Shown here in pieces: positions 39,117 to 52,041 of a DNA stretch of 64,000 nucleotides; the stretch's first letter is position 1; every line of letters starts with the position of its first letter. The position numbers and the translations under genes were made by a program. The notes beneath the pieces were generated by a model. That model worked only from the letters and a program-made list of their open reading frames with translations, did no database searches and was not told the DNA's origin. This DNA comes from Raillietiella orientalis. Its lineage: Eukaryota. The stretch is from positions 496,001-560,000 of the forward strand of contig JAYWIR010000016.1 of NCBI GenBank assembly GCA_036172245.1. Reading direction: 5' to 3'.

Positions 39117-40249
39117 AAGTCATAGAGAATTCCATCTTGGAATTATGGAGTATTGTTTTCAGTGAGTCCCCCGCAGCCGTCACTAAAGGGGAAAACGACC
39201 ACCGTGATGCCATCCCGAGTTTCAGCAAAGCTCATTCGGGATGCTGCTCGATAAGGCTATTTGATTCCAGAAGAGTCCCTGTTGTCGGTGATCCTTGTGA
39301 CTCGGCTGCGACTGTGACCTCCACTGCATGACCCCGCATAAAGGTGCTTGAGTTCATTTTGAAGGCAGCAGCCATCTTCACATGAAAGTTTAAAAACACA
39401 CACACACACACATCTACACAATGGCAGATTTATCAGCTTTGTCGAAAGTAGAAAATGGACGCGAATCTCAGCAAGTGGGTCATTGGTGGCGCCGGGAATT
39501 CAGAGTTTGCCATTTTGAAGGAAGGAAGCAGGCATTTCCGGGCTCTGATCCGACGATTCCCAAATCGAAGTGGATGTCACCTGCAGGTAGTTAACTTAAT
39601 TAATTACGTCTGCGTTGCGAGAAACACGATTCAAAGAGAGCATTGTAGAGATAAACCTCAATTTCTCTGCATTTAGAAAAGGAAGCTCTTTGCTGTCAAA
39701 TCTTTAGGATCCCACGATTGGCTCTGATATGTTCTCTGGGTCTGAAAGATTCCGCAGCCTCCTTCTCCTCCTCACAAAAATATCAGATTTGCCCATTTTA
39801 TGCTCGCTGTCGATAGTTGGACTTGCTTGCCGCTGTCTCAAAGGTCTCCTGAAATATCCTGACGGAAACAGAAAAGAGGGAAGAATTTCAAATTCCAGTT
39901 TAATTCTTTTTTTTTTTTTCCGGTGCTCTGCAAGTTCTTCTGGCAGCCTTCTCTCATTCGGGAAGACAAACTGTGGGCGTGGATGAATGAAAGTTTCTCA
40001 AAGTTGTTCAGAGCCTCGGGTAAAGCAACAGGAAACTCTTGGTGAGGAACACGAAGGACATCCCTCCCGTAAGTGATTTCTCGCAGCACAGAACAGGGAA
40101 CAGTGGGTGTTCCCGAACCCTGTACTGCACGCGCCTTCTTGTGCGTCACACACAGAAGTTACCTTAAGGTTTGCTGCCAATCGCGCTTCTGAGGTTAGCG
40201 TCCTCCTGCCGCCACCACAATCCGATTGGAGAATTTTCAAGATGCAGAG

Positions 40250-41370
40250 CTATCTGGCCGGAGCTCCCAGCGAACGTGCTCTCGCTGGATAACCGCAGCT
40301 TCCCGATGATGTAAGATTTCGTGTCCTCCCTGTACCAACAACCTGATCCCCCAAAATCCCAAGTGAAAAGGTGCACCGCGTGAATGAGCCTACTCAAGAG
40401 CAGCCGTTTCCAGGACGGTCTTGCTCCTGAGGAGGAGTACTGTCGAGTCGAACGCCAGGAACGACTGGGAAGATCCACTTGCCATGCAAGATCAGTAGAA
40501 CTCTTGCATTCATTCCATAGACCGCGAACCCTCCAGAATACTGCTGCCATACGTCACTTATCTCAACAGTAGGACGGGCGATAGAGGATAGAAGACATAG
40601 GCGATAGAAAATGAGAAAATAATAAAAATGGATTAGGCGGTCGATGTCCTTCTTAAACGTGCAGCATCCTGACTGCCTGAGTCAGGGTCGTGCGTCGCGA
40701 CCTTTTCTCCTTACCGGGGAGTGTATGAGGCACGGCGACTATCGGCTCATCCATGCGGCACTGTTCGACATACTGCCCGTAGGAACTACGCCCTCAGGAA
40801 TGGCGGCATAGGACGTGCCGAAGATGTGCAGTACGGAAGGAGTAGCTCCAATCTCGGCTACCCACGATCAGGCAGCATCAGGATCAAGAAGGCAGGGAGC
40901 CAACGAGACTCCACGCTTCGGGTGGCCTTGGCGCTGCAAGGCGAGAAACGAGTCATCACCGTCGATGTCGCCTTCTCCTTTCGAGATCTCCACAGCTGCT
41001 TCGGAAGAAGAGCTCTATCGAAAAGAACGCAGATAGCAGGAATGGACTCTCGGCTCCTCGTTCAAAGGAGCCCCAGCGTTGATGTGGGCATTCGTACTGG
41101 AATCCTTGAAATGCCTGGAAATGGGGAAAAAACTGGAAACTGGACACCACGCACCAGGAAGGGGACGATGTGTTCCAGAATCCAGAGCTCCCGCGAGATC
41201 TACTGGAAACGGCTGGGTGAACAGTGCTGAAACAGCAATCTCTTGTGGACCGCAGCCTCGACCAGCTGATTGCATAGAAAAGGAGACTATGGTGGAAAAT
41301 CCCTTCCTCCGCCTCACAGAAATCCCCCTTTTCTTATGCGATCTGTAACAACGGAAGGTGAATAAACAGC
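40250..41370 (+). mobile_element. NeSL/Utopia-type element 3' part: thumb, CCHC, RLE, 3' UTR
   Basis: QGRASRPFLLTGECMRHGDYRLIHAALFDILP (40683 on), CRRC (40816-40827), LRVALAL.GEKRVITVDVAFSF, VG..WNP*N, MCSRIQSSREIY. AATAAA at 41361. Confidence 0.85.
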
Positions 41371-41899
41371 TAATCGTAAAAGGCGTAGTGGCAACCACGA
41401 ACGCTTCTTACTTTGCTCCGAGTCCAGCGGATCAGGGTTTGGACAATTTCACGTCCGGGACGACACGTGGAAAGTGGAGCAAACCCAACCGCGACAGCAG
41501 GGCAATTGGATGGTGAGAAGGCGAGCGTCCGGAAGAATCAAAGCAAAAATGATCGTTTGAGAGAGGAACATTGGGAGACTCAACGGACACTCATGCATCC
41601 GAAAGAAAATAGCCTGGAACCTACGCGCAATGCAACACAGGCGCCGTATACATCCATTTCTAGCAGGACACCCGCATCAAGAGTGTTTTGTTCCCTTCGG
41701 GTAGTTTTTCATACAATGGCGAACACCTTGGGTTTGCAGGCTGCAGCGGCGCAAATCGACCTTTTGCTGGTGCGAGCACTGCTTAGGCGGCGCTAATCGT
41801 TTGCCCGGAAGATGCTGAGAGTGAGAGGAGTCTCCAGGTCGCATTCTCAACAGATGCGTTCAGACCAGACGATGATCACACGGATGCATGGCAACCACC

Positions 41900-42240
41900 T
41901 CCTCCCTTCCTCAAAGGAGGTATCCCCCGAGAACTGGGCTAGGCGTTGAGCCAGAAGGCTTCGGCCGAACCACTGGACATTGCTTGCCCCCACGAATACA
42001 CATCAATCGCGTTGCATGAAACAAATTCGCCCAAAACGGAAAAGGAATGATGAGGATCGTTGGTCCACTCCTAAACGAAAGAAGGAAATTTTCAAGGCAA
42101 TTTCGAGCCATTCTCAGAGCAATTTTTGTGGATTCCCTTCGATCCAAGAAGTGTTGGCGAATGCAACGGGTATTGGAAGTTCCAAAGGAGCGACGAGTTA
42201 CACCTCTGCTCCCTGAAGAATCGTCTAGGATTCTCATAAT
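41900..42240 (-). mobile_element. Possible R2-like pre-RT region remnant
   Basis: RMARNCLENFL...PFWANLF. Confidence 0.35.
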
Positions 42241-42676
42241 CCTTTCTGGATCCTTATAATCTTCACCACCTTCATCTTGAAGGGAAACGGTCCATCCCGA
42301 GATTCCGGCCTCTGATCGGACCTTTGGTGCTCCAAAGGAAATATCGGGATATCATACTCGACGTAATTTCTTGAGAGTCAGTTGACATCTTTGGAAGATC
42401 CTAGGGAAGGGAAAGAGTGCGCAGGAATAGCCGTGACCTTATCTGAAGGAGTGCCCTCCTCAACGCGCGTGATCTCATGGTAGGACATTTGGAAGCACTG
42501 GACCATGCCATCGACATGGTCACGAATGAACTAAAGATCCTGAAGAAGTGAGACAATCTGCGGAGGAAGAAAACGGCCTCCAGCAGCATCCGATGCCACC
42601 ACCTGATCTTTCGGGACCATCGGATGGGTCCTCCAGCCACGCCGTAGGACGATCTGATCTGCCGAAGAAACGATAT

Positions 42677-43435
42677 GGCCCGTGTTGACGGCCTTGTGGC
42701 TGCGGTCTCCGCGCGTGGTACCAAACGTTGCGGGTTCGAATTCCCACGTGGAGGATCGACGGCGAGAAATAGGTGCGTCGTGGGTTTCGAGTCACCCCGC
42801 AGAATGACGCTGGTTGTGCAACATTCAGAATGGAAGCCGGAAACCGGATGTCCCCGTCGACTGGGCGGGATTGGAAGTCCTTCCAGGAATCAAGGAGCAC
42901 CAGTTCACCAGTTCCCTTCGCGGTTCCCCTCCAGTTGTGAAAATGGAGAGGTCTCCCCCCCCTCCCCTCGGAGATGGACTCTCCATCGCTGGAGCCAGGA
43001 TCTGGTTGGTGATTTTCTCGGGCGGTTGCCTCTCCAAAGTTTCAAGAAGCGCGCTGCTCCCTCCGGCGAGCGCCTTTCAGAGAAATTGGGAAGCGTCCCT
43101 TCGGGGTTCTCTTCCGAGGAGCAAACAAGGAGCAGATCCTTTTCGGGGGGTGCCTCCGGAGAAGAAATCCCAGGAGCGGATCCTTTCCGGGTTCCCTTCG
43201 GAGAAGAAATGGGGAACTCCTCCTCCGGGGGATCTGATCGGAGCCCAAGAGGGACGAATTCCCTCCTCCGGAGCCCTTCCTGGATTCATAGGGTGGTCCC
43301 CTTTCGGGATGCCTTCAACTTGAAGAGTTACACGCACCCTCAGGTGGCGTGGGCAGCGTCAAAGAACTTAGTGACTTCCCACCCCACCCTCTCTAAAGAG
43401 ACGGACAGTTCTTCAGCACTCTTTAAGAACCAAAG
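42677..43435 (+). mobile_element. tRNA-like head H joined to family B 3' end (candidate SINE copy)
   Basis: A-box-like cggccttgtgg and B-box ggttcgaattcc (42733-42744); head ends at cagaatgacgctggtt (42800-42815). B runs from ~42835 to gttcttcagcactc..aagaac. Confidence 0.7.
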
Positions 43436-43469
43436 ATGATTGGACGAGACTCTTGAGGCTTGCGAGGCC

Positions 43470-44120
43470 TCCTGCCACCCTCCACGGCTGCAGATGTCTG
43501 CGCGCGAACGCCGTGCGCGCACTACGACCACAAAAAAGTGGCGTGTGCGATCCGGGATCCCCTATCCATCCGAAGTTAATGCCTCCGAGGGTCTCGGCGA
43601 GCCGGATACACCTGCTGGTGCCCCGGAGGGAGAGCGCCGAGTGCAGATGCTGCACCGAGCCCGTCCTCCTCGCTGTCCGCGGAGAACGCGGGGCGGAGTG
43701 CGCGCTCGCGCCTCGACTCGCTGGAAAACGCCGCGCCTTCCCTCGCGCGCGAGCACCGGCGCAGTTCGTGGAGCGTTTGCCGCCACTCGGACACACTCCC
43801 GGGAGTTTCTTCACGGGCCGGTGAGATGTCCCTCCGCTTCTCTCTTCAGAAGGGAAACACTGGAGTCGCCGATACACGGAAGCAGGTCACTGGGGATGGC
43901 AGCCAGGAGAAGGGGGGTGTTTACCCGGGAGAGCGAGAGAGAGCACGCGAAGAAATCTGCTGCTTCCGTTCCCGGCAAGCCTGCACCGCTCCCGCGTATC
44001 TGCTGCTGCCAAGTCTGACTTCCCGTGGGCTACTCACTTGGACAATGCGATGTGGGGAGCGGCGTCCGCGCGTGCGCACCAGTGTGCTTCCTGAGCAGAT
44101 GGGAAGGAGGGGGAGGGAAG
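43470..44120 (+). mobile_element. R2-like thumb/CCHC/RLE remnant
   Basis: TLHG, SRIHLLVPRRESAECRCC, FVERLPPLG, VADTRKQVTGD, SLTSRGLL. Confidence 0.6.
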
Positions 44121-46689
44121 GAACTTCTTCCTGGAGGACAGACACACGACATCCTGCTTCACCCTCGGCTGCTTCCCTGGAAAACCCTCTGCGGGACGCG
44201 CTTCCTGATTCTGCGGGTCGTAGGCGGAGGACATTCAAACCGAAAGGAAGGCATGCTTCCGGGGAAACCAATCTTCATCCTTCGGGGCACTCTGCGGATC
44301 TGGAATCTCGATTCAGGATGGCATCACGAGCGAGGAAGTCCTGGGAAGGCAATGCTCGACTGAGACGCGTTTCCCATCTCTCCCTCCGTTTCATCCTCAC
44401 AGTCCCCCCCCTCCTTCCTCAAAAGTTCCTGGTAGGGTTCCATGCTTGCTACATCTCTCTGCATCCTGTGCCAGTAGAGAAGAAAGCACGTTGGGATGTC
44501 CCTGACTCATCACCAGCCTCTCGTCAGTGTAGCAAGGGAGTGTTCTCATGAGAAAACCTCCCCCGAGGTTCGGATTCTGGTGGGTGGATATCAAGAACTG
44601 CGGTCCCGGTCCCCCAGTGGCTGCATCTTGAACTTGTCTCAGAAAGGCAAGGTCGCTTGCGTTTCAATGGCTCTGGGAGCAAAGGAATTGAAAACTTGGA
44701 GCACCCTGCAGCGGGTTCACCCTGCAGAGGCCATCTTTCTCGCATCAAAACCCACAAGGGTCAAGTTTCTGCAAGGGAGGTCAGCCTCACTCTGAGTTGG
44801 TCTGGATCACAGATAGCATTCACGAGGTGCTCAGCTACATTCGGACGCCTGGCTAAACAGAAGGCTCTTACGGTTGTATGTCTCATATGCCACCAGGCAC
44901 GGAGCAGACTCTCAATCTTAGATCCGGCGATGCCGATCTGGTATCTCAGGTCTCGACGCCATCAATTTCCACTACCTCGTGACCCTGAAGACAAATTTCA
45001 TCTGTTGCTGCTCGCCCGCTAGGGTCGCTTCTCCATGGCTTTCTTTCTGAACCTCGGAGGTGAACTGGAAATCTCTCGCAGAGACTGATGCCGGATAAAT
45101 CTCATGTCAGCAGGTATCTGCTGAGGGAGTCGCCTGCACCAAGTTTCGACCACAGTCTCACCTCATCCCATTCACCAGTCAAATGGAGCAATTTTTCAAA
45201 ATGCTCTTCCGATCGACACTTACCAGATAGGAATGAGAAGGCGCCCTAGCGCCTGTCTCCATGGTTACCGCTCATCTGCTTCCTCAGGTGCTAGAAATTC
45301 TCGTTCCTCCGTAGACCATTTTTCTTAGGAGTGCGCTGCTTTGAGGGCTGGCACTCAAAAAGAACACTTAGGAATGGAACTCCTCGAAGAAAGGTCTTAG
45401 AAGTCTTCAGATCCTCATTTCTGCTATTCTCACGTTCGCAATCCCCTTCTAGAAGACAGATTCAGCTCCCGTTTTTTGATGCCATCCGCTCTCAGTTTCG
45501 ACTTCGTCCGCAGTATATTCAAAAAATCAGTTTTCTCCTTACGAAACCGTGCTCTGAGATCACATCTCGAACCATCGTCTCAAATACGAAGCGTGCCCAT
45601 GCTTTAACATTTGTCGGCAGCGTATGCGGATCCGAATGGGCCTGAGTTTCCTTTAGCTACAGCTTCAGCACCGCTTTCCATGACTGTGTTTGAACTATTA
45701 GTGGCTACACTAATGGCTCAAACTTCAGACTGAGGAACATGAGAACTCTTCGAAAATATCTGACGCCTTCCCTTGTCTTGGATTGTAGTTCATCATTGTA
45801 CTTCAATCCGTATCCTACACTCTATCAGCATTCTTCTCGTGCAACCATTACAACTCACGGTCTATTTGTTTCCTGAGGAAGAGTACATTCTTTCGTGGGT
45901 GCTTTCGTACACGGTTATGGAAATCCAAGTCCTCGAGGAAACTGAGTGGCCATCTTGCCAGAAGCCTACCCTTTCCAATGCTAAAAGCAGCTAGAGCATT
46001 GTAGAGATCAGCTGCCTGAGGATCATTTCATGGACAAGAAGCAAGTAACTACAGTTGCGAAGAAAACCTGGTCACATCCTCCTAAGAATGCAGCCATCAA
46101 AGAGATTCCTCCTTTCAAAATGAATGATGGAAACAAGAACTTCCCTCTGCCACAGAGTAGAACAAAATGACTAAGGATCGATGGTTTAGGATAACTAACG
46201 TCCTCAGTTAAGTTTGTAGACTTCTTTTGAGGCACGGAACACAGAAATCACACAGAAGGCAGAACTGCATATATGATGAGTAGCTCCTGATTCAGCGTAC
46301 CTCAAGGGCTCTAGACCATCTGCCGTTCCTCATAACGACTCGTGAAGACCAAGGCGTTGCTCTCTTTGTTAGCGCAAGAGTATGTTCAAAAGAAGCACTG
46401 AAGGTCCCTTCTCAGCGGACAATGCAGGTAGGTGCAATCTTGGCGTAAACTCAGGGGAGGATAGCCATTTCCTATAGGGCAGTGGACCGAATTCACAGAA
46501 GAATGGATCCGTTTCCCGTCAATGTTTCCGGTAAGGGGCAGCCATTCAAATGGGCAACTTGGGCTTACTGCTCGCGTTTTTGATGTGACCCTCACACGGA
46601 ACTTGAACTTTCCGCGATTCTTTCGAGATGGTCAATCCAAGTAAAAGCATCGCAGATGATGGAATCCTCAGAAACCGACAAAACTGGTA

Positions 46690-46950
46690 GGATCAGACGT
46701 TCCTTGGATGCTCGACCCAGGGATTCTCTCCAAGACGGGAACCCGCCTGTCCGGAGTGAACTTGGCAGAAAGCAGTCCTCGCAGTGTCCTTCCCGTCGCT
46801 ACCCGCGCGAGGAGTTCTTTCCGAAGAGCTTCCACTCTGTGTTCGGTCCCCTGGATCGCCAGGGTGTTTCGCCGAGTAATGACCTTTGCTGATAGGTGGG
46901 GAGAGTGTTCAGCCATTCCAAGTCAAACCACGAAGACGAGCCTTCCGGGT
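46690..46950 (+). mobile_element. R2-like thumb remnant
   Basis: GTRLSGVN...PRSVLPVATRARSSFRR..LC (cf. T.LLSG..F..R..LPTRARS.RG). Confidence 0.5.
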
Positions 46951-47199
46951 GGAGAACTTTCTTGCAATTTAGAGTTCCCGGATTTGGCAAAACAGAGCTG
47001 ACATTGAGGCATCAGCCGGTACTCAACTCCCCTCCTCCCTACACCTACACGACCTCCTGGCGGCATGCGCGTTGAAGATTTGCGATTGATCTTAGGTCTC
47101 TGGAACAGAAGAAATGAAACGAAAGGGAAAACGAAAGTCTCATTCCCACTGCACTCTTCCTAACCTATGAGACTTTTGTCAGTTGGCTGCTGGTGAGGG

Positions 47200-47560
47200 G
47201 CACTTCGGGGCTGGATTGCAAGATGACTCGTCTGCAAACCAACCCTTGCACATTGTGCCCTCGGGACGGCGTTCCGCTGCATACGATGCAGATCAGGAAA
47301 AGCATTTGAGGGAGAAATCTGCAGCTATTGCTTGCAGACCGAAGACGCACACGGGACCTACCCCGTGTGCGTCCCCCGCCGCCGAGGCTTATTTCCTTGT
47401 TCACAGTTCTCTCACACGAAATACAATCCTCGAATTATTGTCCACGATTTCCGCCATTTGGTCACTTGGACGAAGGAGCGATGCTGTGCTCCTGCTAGTA
47501 CTTGCTGATCTTAGACCGTGATTCAGAACGTGTTCGTTCACGTCTCGTTCTGTACTGCGT
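47200..47560 (+). mobile_element. L1/Tx1-like C-terminal zinc-finger remnant
   Basis: R*LVCK..LAHCALGTAFR...ICSYCLQTEDAHGTYPVC. Confidence 0.45.
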
Positions 47561-48799
47561 CATCCGCTGCTTCAGGTTTTCTGTCTGCGTGAGAGATACG
47601 CCGAATTTTTCTGAGCACCACTTCGTTCTTCGACTGCCCTGGTTGCACAGGGATCCCAACACCAATGCCCGTACCGCAGCCCTGCAGCTTTGGCTGCAAA
47701 AAGAAGGCAGTCACTTCCCAGAGGCGGGATTCCTCCTTTTGTTGCCTGTTCCCTGGAACGATATGCCACAGACTTCGTCCATTCCTGTCTCTTTCTGGTC
47801 TGGGAGGATCAGGGTTCCGTTGTCCCGAAAGCAGACGCTAAGTTTGCCCCCGCATTGGCAGGAGTTGCAGCACCGTGATCCTTTTTCTCCTGAAAGCACA
47901 CGGACTGCCGGAAGCTAATAGGCTGAACAGCTCCTCGGAAAAAATCTGACTGTGGCACATACCACATCTTGGAAAGGACGAACCCCCTCTTGGTCGTTCT
48001 CCAGAGGGCTCACCTTAGGGTGGAAATGTCTGGAAAGAAATGGTAGGGAAAAAAAACCTGCAGGGGGACTCGACCTCCCGCTCCGAAGAACCAATGTTCC
48101 CGCTGTAGTACATGCACTTTTTTTTTTTGCAAGCTCTCAGCAACTCCTCCAAGCTGAGTAAAGAAATTTTCAATAAATCCATCCCGGGTGACCATGGTTT
48201 CTCGGTTTCCATCCTTCAGTTGACAACTTCGCAAGGAAGATAAGCACAGCAACCGATATGAAGAAGGTTATTCCTTGTGACAGAGAAATAAGAAACTTCG
48301 CTGATTTCGTGTGCTGTCGGATTTCCTCCAACGCACATCTAATTGTGCTTTTTTTCCCCCTAGAGTCTTCTACAAAAGGATTTCCAAGGATATTGCCAAA
48401 GAATATTGCGATTCACCCTCTCTTTTATTTTGGGACGAAATGCTGCAGTGCTCCAGGAATCGTGCGTGTTCAGGACAGACGTTCGATGATTTCATTAGAT
48501 CAACGTCCAGCTGCAAAATCATACCTGATACCCTAGAAATGCTGGATACGCTCCAGATGCTCGAACTGATTCGGCAAAAAAGGAAAATCTACATGCGAAG
48601 GCAGATATCCTCCCAGCATCAGTTTCCAATTTGCGAGCAATCGAAAGCGACCACGTCCGCAGCGCCTGGGAGGCTCACAGAACGAAAGAAGTGCATTTGA
48701 CCCCGCAACACTCGAAGAGGCGAGAAGCGGTTGCTGCCGTCAGAATAGCCATCTTGATGAAGTACGTGACAAGAGCCTTCGAGGGCCCTGCAGTACGCT

Positions 48800-51491
48800 G
48801 ACCAGCGTCTCTGCTGGCATCTAAGGATTCAAGAAAATGATGTAGGGAATTGCCGATTATCCTCGATCCTGGCCGTCAAGCCAATGGGTACCTTCTCGTC
48901 CAAGAATAGGTCCTTGTTGTGCGGGTCCGAGTCTCGTGCCTTTTACCTAGTCCGACCAACGGTGGGATCCTTTGTTTCGATCCAAAGGAACAACACAATT
49001 CATAACACAGCGCGGAAGCTCCTCGCGCATCAGGACAAAGGGAGAGTTCCTGTTCCTGTTGGACGTGGGTCTACAGGGAAGGGGAGGGGAATGGCCAAAA
49101 GTTTAGGCAATTCTCTCAGTGTCTTGCACCAAGGGAGCCGTTGGCTTCCTGGCTCTTTTGCAGAGAGTAGCTGGAAATTCAGTTTGGAACTCTGTGGCAA
49201 GCTCTGACCTTAATTTCTTCTTTTAGGATGCTCATGAGGAAGTACAGCGCTGCCACCTTTGTGCCACTCCTGAGTTTTAAGCTCCTGAAAAGGATTCAAC
49301 GGATGCTGTAGTCTATGAGTGACCTTATCATGGGGTTGTAGGGGGAGCGTTTCCTCTTCCATCGAGGAGTTCTCCAAGGAACTTTATCTTGGACAGACCC
49401 TGTAAGTGCGTCGCCTGCTCTACTGCTTCCCAGTCGTGGATGAGGGTGCTCTAGGTGTAGGGATAAACGTCACCCCCTATTCTCCCTCATGCCGGGCATC
49501 GCCCTCCGTTCCTGCTCAGTGTTGAAGCCTCGAGGTATACGGTCTCCCCCTGAGAGGACATCAGGATGCCGTCTTGTATCTCCGGTAGGATCACCACAGT
49601 ACAGTACCAATGGCTTGTGGGTTTAAGGTAGGCTGTCGGAACGTTGTCCACGTGGAGCCCATTACTTTTTGCGATTCCTGTTGGAGGGCTATTCGCAGTC
49701 GTCGATGGTCAAACGTTGTCTCCTCTAAAGGCATCTTTAAATGGATGTGGAATGCTTATGAAAAGCGGGATCACTATCGACAGATCCTTCTTTCTGAGTT
49801 CCGTTGTTATTTTCAGTCTGACGCTTCTGACGAGTTACCGTTCCCTCTGCCACATGGCGCGTCGATCTTCCACTTCCCTGGTGGTCCAGACAGAGCGAGC
49901 AGACATGAGACCGTTGAGCCACCTAGCGTAGACTCGATGGAGCGCTCACGGCCACTCATCCCGGGAGCTTCCCGATGCATTGCCGCGAGTCCTCGAGCAC
50001 GGCGACGTACACGGTGTCCTGCGTACTGATGCCGCCTGCCGCTAATGGACGACAGAGACACTTGATCTTTACCCAGGTTTGATATTTCGCCATATTTAAG
50101 CATCGCTGAGGCTTGGCGCAATGCTTCACCTCCAAAGTGCTGCAGAAAGCCACGCCGAATAGGAATTTGCAGATTGGAGCAACCTGTTCCACAGACTGGT
50201 CCCGATGTACTGAATGGTTTCGCTCCAAACCCATCTGATTGTGCCGTTCCATTTGATTGCTGGCGATGCCTGTACGTCCTCATTGAGGATGCCCAAGCCT
50301 TGGACTCCATCCATGGATGTTCATGAGATGAAGGCAGACTCCAGGCGTGGCTTTGTATGCGCAAAAAGCAAGTGGTACTTACTGGAAGGAGGATGACTGG
50401 AGGGGTCCAGTTCACTTCAACGCAGTTGGCTTGACCCACTACGAATCTCATGTCATCTCCGATTTCAAGCATCGGAAGCATCCTGGAACTTTCGTCGAGC
50501 TGGAGCAACAGTGTAGCGGTTCTTCTGGTTTTGCTTTTGGATCCCCCTCCCTCCGATGGGATGCATCTGACGCTCGAAGGAGAGGAGGAGAAGAGGAAAG
50601 TCTTCGGCATCCGTCCAAGGTCTCTCAGATTCCGCAGGCTATTGTCCCTGTCGAGGATGCCTCTGTGGCGGAAGTGGGACTGGAAACTTTGCGTCCCCTT
50701 GAATGTCCCTTGAGGTGGGATGGCACTTCTCCGGGGATATTCCTTTCGCAGCCGGAGAACGACTGCTTCCCGAGAGCGGTACTTTACTGATGCTCTTCGG
50801 GGATTCGTTTCGCTTCACAATAGGGATTCTTCATCCCGATTGATCGCGATCCCGGGAATCACTCCGAAAGTTCTTTTGAGGAGAACCCGCATCTGCAGCA
50901 AGGAAGACGCAGGTTCTCGACTCCATCTGTGTAGAGACGATAGGCTCACCAGGAAGCCGGTCTGATCTTGTGCTCCAACGCCAAACGGATGCAGGTGCGA
51001 GCATTGTTTCTCAGGCTGTCGCTTACAGCGAGGCTCTGAAACACTTACTGATGCCCGCCTTCGTGCATCCTCATGATGGAATCAGGAGACTGTGAGGGAC
51101 CTACTTCCATCCCGTCACGCAGCCGCAGGCATGGGCAGGGTCTGGGTCGTTGCTGGAGGATCAAGAATGGCCATCCTGTCTCCCGATGAGCAGGAATGCT
51201 TGGTGATGGGAATCGCTGACCATATGGAGGCGATTGGAGAATCCAACCCTCTCCAACAAGAGCACCATCAAACTCCTGGAGAAACATTACCCCGGCAGGA
51301 TACTCGACGATGCCATCTCGCTTCCCAGGACGCAACTCGAGGCCATTCGGAACGCCATGGGTCTTTTAGGGCATCGATCGGGAGCAGGAAGAGGTGGTGA
51401 ATATTACTGCAACGCGGTAGATGGTCTGCTTGCGTGGCTCATCAAGCACAAGGGACAGTGGAAAAGTCTGGGCAGGCGAACGAAGCTATAG
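48800..51491 (+). mobile_element. RLE element remnant spanning RT to endonuclease
   Basis: NCRLSSIL, SLGNSLSVLH, HRGVLQGTLS (~49360), GCRL..SETL (~51030), ENPTL..IKLLEK.Y, NAMGLLG, CNAVDG. Confidence 0.55.
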
Positions 51492-52041
51492 TGGCTACAG
51501 ACCCGCAAGGGTGGGTGGAGTTTCTCGGCATTTCCAGAGGAAACTTCTAGATCTCGGGCTTCCTGGTTGATGCCTCCGTTCCCTCTCTTTGTCTCTAGGA
51601 GGCTTTCATCTCGCTGGCGCACTGGGCTCAACGCCGAAGCGAGGAACGTCGCCACCCTCATCGGGGAGAGCGCCCAAAGAGTGCACCTACCGCGCATAGT
51701 GGGGATACTTACGCAGAGGACTGTTTGAATGCGGAGGGCTGGGTCAGAAATGGAAGCGCTTTTTTCCCCTGAGGCTGCCTGTGGGACTTGTGCAAAGCCG
51801 CGATCACGTATCCGGGCGTACCGGTTGCCTCCTCGCTGTCAACTCTCTGCCACGTGCGAACAGCGGTGACCGCCAAAGCAGCTGAAAGAGTGTGGATGTC
51901 GTTCCGTAGAGCCGTTTGCGATAGCCATCGTCCACATGGACAGAGGCAAAACGATGCAGTCTCGGATGTGAGGTTATAGGAAACCTTTGGACGATGCCAG
52001 GCAGCTACCCGATACCGGTGAGAGCACTCCCTTCCCGTCCC

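Noticed and set aside
42677..42750. Functional tRNA gene
   Set aside because: A and B boxes are present, but acceptor and anticodon stems do not pair, and homology between copies extends well 3'; better explained as a SINE head.
42860..43340. RNase P/MRP or group II intron identity for family B
   Set aside because: Only a GGAAGTCC-like word; no CR-V or domain V found, and the polyA-tailed retroposon context explains it better.
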